Shown one piece after another: positions 13,611 to 25,614 of a DNA stretch of 64,000 nt (position 1 is the first letter of the stretch; every line of letters begins with the position of its first letter). A program made the translations under genes and the position numbers. The stretch comes from Octopus vulgaris (Eukaryota): positions 150,970,001-151,034,000 of the forward strand of contig OX597817.1 of NCBI GenBank assembly GCA_951406725.2. Reading direction: 5' to 3'. The notes below the pieces were generated by a model. It saw only the letters and a program-made list of their open reading frames with translations. It made no database searches and had not been told where the DNA came from.

Positions 13611-14175
13611 TCATTTTGTCATACATTTTCCTTTACTTTGAGAAATTACATTTTATAAGAACTTAATTCTAACAGGGCAGGATGGACATCCCCCACCCAT
13701 TAACCAATCTTCAAAAAAAAAAAAAAAAAAGAAAAAACAAATCCCACTTTATAATGATGAAAGAAACAAAAGAAACCCACCACTAGTGACCAGTCCGAAT
13801 GCCAGAACTTTCTCTAGAAAGATACCAGAATATTGATAGAAAGATACATAATACCTAATATTAACAAAAAATTATTTCTAATTAAAAAGGAGACATTAAC
13901 AGTTCACAAATATTTTCTGCCACCTTAATAATTAATCAAAAAAATAGTAGGTATATATGTGCAGGCATGGTTGTGTGGTTAACACGATCACTTTCCAACC
14001 ATGGGCAAGCATCTTCCACTATAATTCCAACTGGTTAAAGTTTTGTGAAATATAAAGGTTTCACTTAGGTATAAAGATGCTAATAACCTGGTGTTAGAAC
14101 TCAATACATATATGCTTCAAAATAAAATGTTAGTTGAATACTAAGCATAATATGAGATTAAATAACTTACTGCAT

Positions 14176-14935
14176 CACAAATATTATCAAATATTTAATA
14201 CGTATATCATTAAGCTATCTTACTCTGCAGCCCCAAACCTTGCAGATGCCACAGATGAGACTAAGTTCAAAATAACAATCCTAAACTATTTAAATATCTA
14301 GGTACCCCGATACATAATAACCAACCACTAAATACCACTGGTTCTGACTCTCCAGCATCAAACGTCCCTGAAGAACTCCAATCCCTGCAACATGATCATC
14401 AACGGAACTCAACTAATGTTAGCTGGTAGAGTTGTTCACATAACAATATTTCTTTGGCACCTCTGCAAAAAACAGTTATCCAAACTGATTAGATATTAAA
14501 TATCAATATATCCAATACTACTATTGCCAGGAGCCTCCTAATACTAAAACTTGTAATTTTAAAAATACTTACAATTGCCCATTAAATAGAAACTGTCAAA
14601 AACATAGTATACAGGTGTCAAGTAGTTGGCAACTACTAGAAAATACATAGGAGCTACAGCAAACAATTTCAAGAAATACTTTTATATGCATGTGCACTCA
14701 TTCAAAAATCCTAAATTGGTCTATTCAACTTCACTGGCCGAGTACATTTGGTAACTTAAAAATCTAAACACCCACTACACCTTACAATGTAACACAGTGA
14801 AATTTGCAGCCCTGTAGAAGGGGCAATGAAAGCCATGTTGATTATGCAACCAGGAAGCAATTCAAATTTGACTGTTTGACACAATTTCTAAACAAATGAA
14901 ATGAGTTGATTATCAATTGCAACAAAAAGATTCTT
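14176..14935 (+). mobile_element. Penelope-like element remnant (RT end and GIY-YIG endonuclease)
   Basis: HKYYQIFNTYIIKLSYSAAPN; TCNFKNTYNCPLNRNC / KNIVYRCQV / RKYIGATANNFKKYFYMHVHSF...STSLAEYIW*LK...KPC*LCNQE, with stops and frameshifts. Confidence 0.85.
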
Positions 14936-16385
14936 TGAACATTTAGATTTTCTTACAAAAGAATAATGGATCTAGCTTAATCCGAATCTATGGATAGCAA
15001 AAGGAAGGGCATCCAGTTGTAAAAACAATGCTTCAATAATATAGTCATCAAACTCAATGCTAGCAAGGAATGCAAAAAACACACAAAGAAATGAACTGGT
15101 GTAGTGAAGAAAAAAAAACACGAGTTCATTGACTTACATTAATTTTATTTGGATTTTGGGAACTATAGGGGATAAATGAATATGTTTCACTATTACAAGA
15201 CCTTTTCAACAAAGTACAGCCTCCTCTGTACTCTGTCAAGCTTAAATTTTGTTAGTGACTTTACATTTGTCAATGACTGACAAATATAAATTTACTCTTT
15301 GCTCATTAAAACTATGAGAAACCACCCCAATGCTTTCTCCCCCCACTCTCTCTCACACACACACACAGGTGTTTTATATTATCATTTGAAATTGTAAAGC
15401 AATAAATTTACATATTTTCTAAATATAACATGAAAATATTTTATTGATTTTTTAAAGCAAAATCTATTTGTCCCACTTTAATGCTCAAAGCATTGACACC
15501 TTTTTTTTAAGCAAAGTCTTTAATACTGTCCCTAAAAGCAATCTGTTTCTGCATTTCCCTAATCATCAAAAGGTATTGATTATTTCCTGCCCTACAATGA
15601 AGGCACTCCACTAAACTAGTCACATTTTGAATCAGTTACTCCTGTGGATTTAAATTCCCAATTTCTGTTTTATAACTCCATCTGCCCCAATGCAACTTAT
15701 GCTGATGTTTAGTCATTTGCCATGTTAAATAACTTAAATACCAACTGATCTACATCTCAAAATGTATTTCAGATAGACTTCTTGAAAACAATTTTATTTT
15801 CATATCAAAAATGAAAATTTTCATTCCCAAAGTGTCTCACCTAACAAATGAATTCACGGTCATTCCATGATCTTTGCTCTCTTATCAGTCATTCAGTGTT
15901 TTGTCAAGTTTAAACATATCAATGAATGTATTTTTACCTCTCCCAGACTACTCAAGGACCTATAAAAACCAGGTACACCACCAACCTCCTTATTGAGTGT
16001 TCTGATAACCTTATCTTTTACTTCTTTCAGTCACTGGACTGCAGCTATGCAGTGTATGGCATCTTGGGTAAGTGTCTTCTACTATACCAAAGCCTTGCGG
16101 GTGGATTTGGTAGACAGAAACTGAAAGAAGCAAACATGAAGGCGGCGAGCTGGTAGAAACGTTAGTACACCGGGCGAAATGCTTAGCGTTATTTTGTCTG
16201 CTGTTACGTTTTGAGTTCAAATTCCGCCGAGGTCGACTTTGCCTTTCATCTTTTCGGGGTCGATAAATTAAGTATCAGTTATGCACTGGGGTCGATGTAA
16301 TCGACTTAATCCCTTTGTCTGTCCTTGTTTGTCACCTCTATGTTTAGCCCCTTGTGGGTATTAAAGAAATAAGAAACGGAAAGAA

Positions 16386-16419
<34 letters not shown>

Positions 16420-17214
16420 ATTTGCCCCCTACCACCACCTGACAGCTGGTACTAGTGTGTTTACAATCCCGTAACTTAGCGACAGTATAAGTATCAGGTT
16501 TAGGAAAAAAAAAAAAAAAAGAATTGGAGTTGATTCATTTGACTAAAAATACTTAAGAGTAATGCCCCAGCATGGCCGCAGTCTGATAACTGAAGCAGAA
16601 TAAAATATGAAAACTATACATACAAAATGGGATTTCATACAGTTTCCCCTTTACAAATTCCACTAACAAAGCCTTGATCAATCAGGGATTATAACATGGT
16701 TGCAAAGCAAATTTCTTAACCACACACCTATATATCAATATATATATATCATCATCCGCTTTCCATGCTAGCATGGGTTGGACGATTTTGACTGAGGACT
16801 GGCGAACCAGATGGCTGCACCAAGCTTCAATCTTGATCTGGCAGAGTTTCTACAGCTGGATGCCCTTCCTAACGCCAACCACACCGAGAATGTAGTGGGT
16901 GCTTTTACGTGCTACCGGCACGGGGCCGGTCAGGTGGCACTGGCAACGACCTTGCTCAAAACTTTTACACATGCTACTGGCGTGGGTGCCAGTAAGGCGA
17001 TGCTGGTAACGATCATGTTTGAATAGTGTTTTTTAAGTGCCACTGGCACGGAAGCCAGTTAGCCGTTCTGACAAATATTCCCACTTGTATGGTGGTCTTT
17101 GCACCCCACTAGCACAGACGCCAGTCATTGAATTTGATTATATATATATATGTATACTTAATATATAGCGAATGTATGTATAATGATGATGATGATATAT
17201 ACATATATATAAAT

Positions 17215-17690
17215 CAAATCAAATCAGATATCAGAAAGCAGAACCAAAATCGAAGTCGATCAACATCAATGGAAATTGCAGCTGTGATACCAGTGCCGGT
17301 GACAAGCGAACCATCCGATCATGACCGTTGCCAGCGCCGCCCCGACTGGCCTCCGTGCCGGTGGCACGTAAAAAGCACCATCTGTTCGTGGCCATTGCCA
17401 GCCTCGCCTGGCCCCCGTGCTGGTGGCACGTAAAAAGCACCATCCGATCGTGGCCGTTGCCAGGCTCGCCTGGCTGGCATCCGTGTCGGTGGCACGTAAA
17501 AAGCACCATCCGTCCATGGCCGTTTGCCAGCCCCATCTGGCACGGAGTGGTTGGCATTAGGAAGGGCATCCAGCTGTAGAAACACTGCCAGATCAGACTG
17601 GGCCTGATGCAGCCTTTTGGCTTCCCAGACCCCAGTTGAACCGTCCAACCCATGCTAGCATGGAAAGCGGACGCTAAATGATGATGATGA
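17215..17690 (+). mobile_element. Family-C retroposon (internal 62-66 bp tandem units; ...aggaagggcatccagctgtag...ccatgctagcatgg...(TGA)n tail)
   Basis: Other copies at 1345-1655, 11722-12180, 16750-17125, 27770-27985, 33720-34170, 46500-46630, 51205-51600, 54600-54730, 57420-57720 and 58470-58615; the short tandem tail suggests RTE-type mobilisation (inference). Confidence 0.8.
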
Positions 17691-18005
17691 TATATATAGT
17701 AACTAGCACTGTCAGTTACAACAAGTGTTCAAGTTGATTTGATCAAGGAGAGAGCTTGCTTGTGAAATTAACATGTAAATGGCTGAGTACTCCAGACATG
17801 CGTACCCTTAACATAGTTGTCAGGGGGATTCAACATGATGCAGGATGCGACAAGGTTGGCACTTTGAAATACAAAGTAGAACTCATTTTTGCCAGCTGAG
17901 TTGACTGGAGCAACATGAAATAAAGTGTCTTGCTCAAGGACATAATGTGCTACCAAGTATAGGACATGAGCTTAATGCCCAAACCACTAAGCCATGTGTC
18001 TTCAC

Positions 18006-18047
<42 letters not shown>

Positions 18048-18049
18048 CT

Positions 18050-19260
18050 AACTACATAGTTCTGGGTTCAAGCCTATTGCATAGCACCTTGGGCAAGCGT
18101 CTTCTACTATAACCTTGGGCCGACCAAAGCTTTGTGAGTGAATTTGGTAGATGGAAGCTGAGGGAAGCCCATTGTATGTATGTATGTATGTATGTATGTA
18201 TGTATATATATATATATATATATATGTATATGTATATATATATATATGTATATATATGTGTGTGTGTGTGTTCACAACCGATATTGGTATGTTTACGACC
18301 CCATAACTTAGTGGTTCGGCAAAAGAGACCGATAAAGTACTAGGCTTACAAAGAATAAGTCTTGGGGTCAATTAGTTCGACTAAGGGCAGTGCTCCAACA
18401 TGGCCACAGTCAAAATGACTGAAACAAATAAAAGAATATAGTTAATGAGTTAGATAAATTGTTTGAAAATTCCAGTGCAGGGGGGGCCCAACTTGACATG
18501 AACAAGAAACTAAAGGTGGTGTGTCAGAATTCTGTAATTAATGATTCAATTTTGATATGAAAATAGGTTGAATGGTTCTGAAAGAAGTATTTGTAGGAAT
18601 TTTGCTGCTGTTTTACAGCTGGATGTACATCCAAATATCAACAAATCAATTGTGATGTGGGAATAATATTGATTTTTGCAGTATGGTAAACAAAGTCCAG
18701 AAATGTTGCAGAGTTTCAATTGATGGTCTTTAGACTAGTGTGCTGCTGCCACTGCTGCTGTCACCTTATTTCAGTGTTTAATGTAAAATACATCATATGG
18801 TCAATGATATATAAAGCTCAGGGGATGTAGTCAAATAATTAATTACATGATAAATGAATAAATAGCTGGTAATCAGATGAGATGCACTGTTATTGCAGCA
18901 TTGGTAAGAACATTCTAATGTAATACTAGAATGCTTTTATATAAAATTATTACATAAAATCGAAATTTTATTTACTTTATGAAGTTTTCCATTATTTTCG
19001 CAATAGTAACCCAAGAAGAATATATAAATATTTTTTGTTGTTTTTACTTGTTTCAGTCATTTGACTGTAGCCATGCTGGAGCACCGCCTTAAAGTGTTTC
19101 TGCTGAGCAATTTGACTCCAGGACTTATTTCTAAGCCTAGTACTTATTCTATTGGTCTCTTTTACCAAACTGCTAAGTTATGGGGATGTAAACATACTAA
19201 CATCAGGCGTCAAGCGATGGGAGGGTGGGGACAAAAAAAAAGCACAAAGACACATATACA

Positions 19261-19295
<35 letters not shown>

Positions 19296-19296
19296 C

Positions 19297-19341
<45 letters not shown>

Positions 19342-20240
19342 GGCTTCTTTAATCAACTCAAGGCTTTGGTTGGCTTGATGCTATAGTAGAAGGCACTCGC
19401 TCAAGATGCCACACAGTGGGACTGAACCCAGAACCATGTGGTTGGGAAGCAAGCTTCTTACCACACAGCTACACCCGCACCTATATTTGTTTATTTAAAC
19501 AAAAGTACTATCTTAATGATTAAAACTGCATCTTTATCCAGTTTACATCTGACACATTTTTCTGCTTGAGAAAGGTGGACTGTATTGGTTTCAAATATTG
19601 GCACAAGGCCAGCAAGCTTGCAGGGAGGGAGGGAGTTGATTACACTGACCCCAGTCCTCATCTGGTTCTAATTTCATTGACCCCAAAAGGATGAATGGCA
19701 AAGCTGACTTCAGCAGAATTTGAACTCAAAATGTAGATGGATGAAATACCACTAAGCATTTTGCCAGGCATGCTAATGATTCTGCAAGCTTGCCTCCCAA
19801 AAGGGTGGAATATCCATGGTTCTTGTTTTAATATGATCTAAATTAAAATCTTCCATCAAAATTTTATGTTAATTTGTTTCAAACTCTTTTACTTGTTTCA
19901 GTCATGTGACTGTGGCCATGCTGGAGCACTGCCTTTAGTTGAGCAAATCAACTCCAGGACTTATTCTATCGGTCTCTTTTGCTGTATCGCCAAGTTACAG
20001 GGACGTAAACACACCAGCATTGGTTGTCAAGCAATTTTGGGGGGGGGACAATCACAGACACACAAACATATATATATACGACGGGCTACTTTCAGTTTCC
20101 ATCTACCAAATCCACTCACAAGGCTTTGGTCGGCCCGAGGCTATAGCAGAAGACAGTTGCCCAAGATGCCACGCAGTGGGACTGAACCCGGAACCATGTG
20201 GTTCGTAAGGAAGCTACTGACCACACAGCTGCTCCTACGC
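18050..20240. mobile_element. SINE cluster: A(+) 18050-18437, A(-) 19043-19480, B-variant(-) 19585-19800, A(-) 19885-20240
   Basis: Similarity to family consensus. Confidence 0.8.
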
Positions 20241-21638
20241 CAACTTAATAAAGACTAAGTTACTTTAATATTTCCATAATTAATTGAAACCAAAGTAATG
20301 TATTTCCAATAGAAATGTGGTAACAAAGGGGTTAAACATATGGAAATCATACATTATACAGCCTACCTTACACTTCACATAAGTTTTCTTCTACTTAAAA
20401 AAGAAAAAAAAAAAGTACAAACAATAAGAACCTTTACTGCCAGTGAAGACTTCTAGCAGAGTATTTTGTTTATTTTAACCAGTTACCAGGACTTGGAGCT
20501 ACTTCTAAAAAACACAAATCAGTTAGTTGCTAGGGTAAATGAAGTCTAGCAGAGCATATCTTCTTAAAGAGAATTCTGTTTATCTAACAGCATTACTACA
20601 TTGAACAAGACATGGTTGCCAGCCAAAAAGCACTGCAATTATTAAAAAATCATATGGTTGAAAAAATAGCAAATTACATGTATAAAAGAAGGGGGCTAAA
20701 TGACGGCACTTTTACTGGCGTTAGAATAACAAGTTATTGATAAGTTAGTTGGAAGATAAACATTTTCGTTTTATTATTATCCATCATCCATCATAATTCT
20801 TCAGATCCACTTTTCCAAGTTGATAGCTATCTTCCTTTAAAGTCAGTTTTCTTAGCTGCATGAAAAGTCATTTGTAACAACAAAGTATTTGTGAACATCA
20901 TATATAAATAGACTTTTTTTTCTTTCCCCCAAATCCCTATTATGGTAAGATAGGAAACACTGATTTGATTAATAATCCTCACTGCATCCTTATCCAGTTT
21001 TCTTCTGACACATCAGTAGAGCCAGTTTGTATAGTTCTTATTAAATCACAACTATGGCTGGTAGATAGCACAATTGAGTTTGCTACAAGTCTCTGAGGTA
21101 ACCTCTTTGTCTGATGGTAAATTAATTTTGCCTTTCTATCTTCCATTTATGGGATTGTGAAAATAAACAATTTCAAAGACAAGGATGGCAACAGAAGAAA
21201 ACAGAACAGAACACAGATTCATTTAGAGAAAGCAATTTTTTTTGGTCTTTCTTTTTTCTGCAAATAAATATTGAGAAATATATTTAAGGCTGAACATTAA
21301 AAGGAAAACAAATGAAAATCCTAAAGACAAAGAATAGGAGAATGCAGTTGGGAAGGCGAAAAAAATATAATTCATTCCTTGAAGTTATCTTTACTAAACA
21401 GAGAAAAGAAGGGAATGGAGAAAGACTGTAGAATAAATCAAGAAATGAGAGAGGGGAGTTGAAGAGGTCGGGTGGAAAAATAGGAAGAAAGACGAGACGA
21501 AAGAGAATGAGAAAATTATATGAAACAACAGGAGGAGGATGAACAGATGAAAAAGAAAAAAAGTTGCTTCAAAGCAAATGCATAAAATTATAGTTTAACA
21601 AGATATGATGTGAACAAATAAGAATTATATATGTGTGT

Positions 21639-21673
<35 letters not shown>

Positions 21674-22512
21674 CATAAATTATAGTAAAAAGGAAATACA
21701 GTACATTGACATTCATTAATGACGTATCAACCAAAAAATGGAGGGGAAAAAATAATATTTAAACTAATAAGTGCAGGAATGTGTGTTTAACTCTTTAGGA
21801 TTTAAACCAGCCATCTCCAGCCCAAATATTCTACCCATTTTAAGTTCAGCCTAGCCAGATCCAGTCTCTTACAACTGCCCTACAATGTCATTCTAAGAAT
21901 AAATAATCACATCATTGAAATATTGAAGCTACAAGATAATGCAGGATTGGGACAATGTGAATAAACAAGTTCATAGAGTAATCTGAATGCCAAAGGGTTA
22001 AGCAGCTAACTTTGCAACAATGAGGTTCTGGGTTCAGTCCCACTGTGCAGTACTTTGGGCAAATGTCTTCTATTATAATCCCAAGCTGAGCAATGCCTTG
22101 TGAGAGAACTTGGTAGATGGAAACTATAAGGAAGCTCATTGTGTGTGCCTTTGTGTTTGTATTGTTTGTCCCAGTCCCACTGAACAACTAATGTTGGTTT
22201 ATGTCTCAGTAACTTAGTGGTTCAGCAAAAGACACTGTTAGAATAAGTACAGACTTAAAGAGAATAGTTTAAATTATACTTCCTTTTTAGTAGCTGTGAT
22301 TGAGAAAAAAACAAAGACCACACAAAAGAGAAGAAAAGAAAATTGAGATGGTATGGGAATGCAACATCTAGTAGCCTTGTGGTGATCCTTTTTTTTAAGG
22401 AGCTGTGGAGGGAGAAGGGAGAGGCAGACAGAGGAACAGATGGACAGATCAAAAAATGGCTAGGGAATCATTAGCCGAGACATGAATTCCAGCACACAAC
22501 TGCAACAGATGT

Positions 22513-22896
22513 GTGGAAGCACTCCGTCGGTTACGACGATGAGGGTTCCGGTTGATCCGAATCAACGGAACAGCCTGCTCATGAAATTAACGTGCAAGTG
22601 GCTGAGCACTCCAGACATGTGCACCCTTAACGTAGTTCTCGGGGATATTCAGCATGACACAGAGAGTGACAAGGCCGGCCCCTTGAAATACAGGTACAAC
22701 AGAAACAGGAAGTAAGAGTGAGAGAAAGTTGTGGTGAAAGAGTACAGCAGGGATCACCACCATCCCCTGCCGGAGCACGCGGAGCTTTTAGGTGTTTTCG
22801 CTCAATAAACACTCACAACGGCCGGTCTGGGAATCGAAACCGCAATCCTATGACCGCGAGTCCGCTGCCCTAACCACTAGGCCATTGTGCCTCCAC
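22513..22896 (-). mobile_element. SINE family D (tRNA-like head) with tail X
   Basis: 11-bp TSD GCAACAGATGT; A/B boxes. Confidence 0.85.
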
Positions 22897-23539
22897 GCAA
22901 CAGATGTAGAAGATCAGTGTACAGTGTCATAACAGACTCTCCACAAATCCATCAGGAGCTGAGGTCTTAAGCAGGCATATACCAGCATCATCATCTTAAT
23001 GTTCACTTGTTTTTGTATGCCCGCATGGGCCAAATAGAATGCTTTGAAGTGGATTTTCTATGGCCAGATACCTTTCCTGTTGCCGGCAGGACAGGTTTCC
23101 ATGGGAGATTGGAATTAAAGACACAGCTTGTAAGATTGGGGCACCTGTTTACAATTATTGTGTGATGTCAAGATAAAATACACACACAGCATATTTGTTT
23201 CAGTCTTCATCTACTAAATCTTTTCACAAAGCTTTTATTGGCCCAAGTCTATAGTAGAAGACATTGCCCAAGTTATGCCTGCCATACAGTAGAACTGAAC
23301 CCAAAACCACATGGTTGAAAAAGGAACTTCTTAAGCAACCACATATATATGATTGGATTGCCTATGTTCAGTCCATTGCAGGATGAAGGCCTCAGCATTT
23401 TCTCTCTACCAATCATGGTCCGATGTGGAGGACATGAATTTGAGCTTGAGGTCATTTTGGTTTGATGAGCCTACTCTGCCACACTGGCTCAACATAGCTT
23501 GGTAGAAAGAGCAGGTTTTATACTCCTTATCCAGGAGTA

Positions 23540-23930
23540 GATTACATCAACCCCAGTGCTCAACTGGTACTTATTTTATCAAGGATGAAAGGCAAAGTTG
23601 ACCGTATCAAAATTTGAATACAGAACAAAGATGGACAAAACACCTATTTCTTTACTACCCACAAGGGGCCAAACAAGGACAGACAAACAGATTAGGTCGA
23701 TTACATGGCCCCCAGTGGTACTTAATTTATCGACCCCGAAAGGATGAAAGCAAAGTTGACCTTGGCGGAATTTGAAATCAGAACTTAACGGCAGACAAAA
23801 TACAGCTATGCATTTCGCCAGGTGTGCTAAAGTTTCTGCCAGCTCGCCGCCTTAACCAGCTCATCGGTGGTGGACAAAATACCACTAAGCATTTCACCCA
23901 GTGTGCTGATGATTCTGCTAGCTTGCCACC
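23540..23930 (-). mobile_element. Family-B SINE nested in an older family-B copy
   Basis: Old body left, old head right, duplicated tggacaaaa(c/t)ac. Confidence 0.75.
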
Positions 23931-25614
23931 CTATATAAACAATGTTGAACACACAAAGTGTGTAGGTTTTAATTATGGCATGTAACTAGTCAGTCTCCAC
24001 AAAACCATCAGGAGTTGAGGTTTTAAGCAGGCATATATAGTATCTTAAATGTTCACTCTTTTTTCATGTCAGAATATCATGGACAGTTTTTTGCTGACTA
24101 TCGCACTTGGCAATATTGACAGCTCTTCAAACATGATAGCCAGAAGCACATACTCTTTTTTTTATGCTGAAGGTAAGTATAAAGTCCTGGTTTGCTTGGT
24201 AATGATAAACTTTTCTTTCAAAATTATTTTATTTTGAGCAAGTTTTAAACTCAATTGAAATATGTATCTGTGAAATGTAAAAATTTGCACAAAATAAAAT
24301 AATAAAATTGCTGAAGCAGTAAACTACCAACATCAGTTATTAGTTGTCAGGACACTACATCCTTTAAAACTTCCATTCTTCTTGAAATTCGCCAATAGTC
24401 CACCAGATGCCCACCACATTTTTCTAAAGGGCTCATTCACGGTTTCATTTCTAGTACATATTCTATGTACTGTTGGCTATTTTTCCTGCTGAGTTGTAGT
24501 GCACCTAAGCACTGTATACAATAAGCTTATTATTATTAATACAAAAGAAAAAATTTTGACTAATTAAAACCATCAAATTACAATTTTCAAAGTTTTATCA
24601 TAGATATTTGAAGGAAAAGAAGGTGGATTCATTACATAGCAACAGTTATATGACAATGAGGATTTTAGGGAAAATGAAATGAGGTTGATGTATGAACACA
24701 GCTATTAAAAAAAATCAAAACTGAACCCACAAACAAAGCAAGGGAATTTCTTTAATTTTATGTTTTGAGATTTTATAAAGCTATGAGCTAATGTCTGTTT
24801 TTGTAGAAAAAAAAAAACAAAAGAAACTATCTTAATTCATTTCTTAATGAAAGTGTTGCAATTTTGATACATTAACTTAGGAAAATTATCAGACAGTAGC
24901 TAAGAGAATTATATACATGCTTGTTAAATGGATAATGAATAATTAATTAAAAAATTGTTAGATAACATGTAAGGAAGGAAGGAGGGACTACAACTGTACA
25001 CAAAATGTTAAACTTGGACATGATATTAAAACCTGAATTATTTATAGTTATCTATTTCATTGACTGGTGTTTTAAAACCAGTGTGCTTGCAGTGCTTACA
25101 ACCAGGAGTTCAAACCTCATAATATCCACTGGCTGTGTTCTGAGAACAGGATTCAGTCCTATTCTGCTTTTGAATTGAATGATTAATCTGAGTAGGGCAG
25201 CTAGCTGTAAAAAACAATACAATTGCTCTAGCAGAAGTCATTCTGAGTAATGACTTAGCAAATGGCTGACAAGAAAGAAAGAAAGAAAGAAAGAGTAAAC
25301 AGAATAGCTAATTAAAGCTTCATTATAGTTCTGAATGACCTGTTTGCATTATACATTAAAATAATAATTATGTGATCTATTGAATTTGTACCAGTATACA
25401 GATAAGAGGACAAACCATCTACAATATCTGATATGAAGATGACAGTCCTCATAACAATGAGAGAGAGAGAGAGAGAGAGATATTAGTTAGTACTATGTAC
25501 TACTAATGACAAGAATGAAAAGATAGGTTTAGGGCTTAGTGGGGCTGGGGTGGGGTGGGAAGAATCAATCCTGGTAATTATTTTGAAACCTGATATTAAT
25601 TACACTTTTGCACA

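Noticed and set aside
16792-16815. CTGAGGA followed by a CTGG-cgaa-CCAG hairpin
   Set aside because: No GAAA or stems I/III follow
17290-17545. CRISPR-like array of ~30-nt palindromic repeats
   Set aside because: Spacers are homologous to each other, the array is inside a dispersed eukaryotic retroposon, and there are no cas genes
24049-24237. Plus-strand exon suggested by AAG|GTAAGT at 24172
   Set aside because: No convincing acceptor or homology; likely a chance donor
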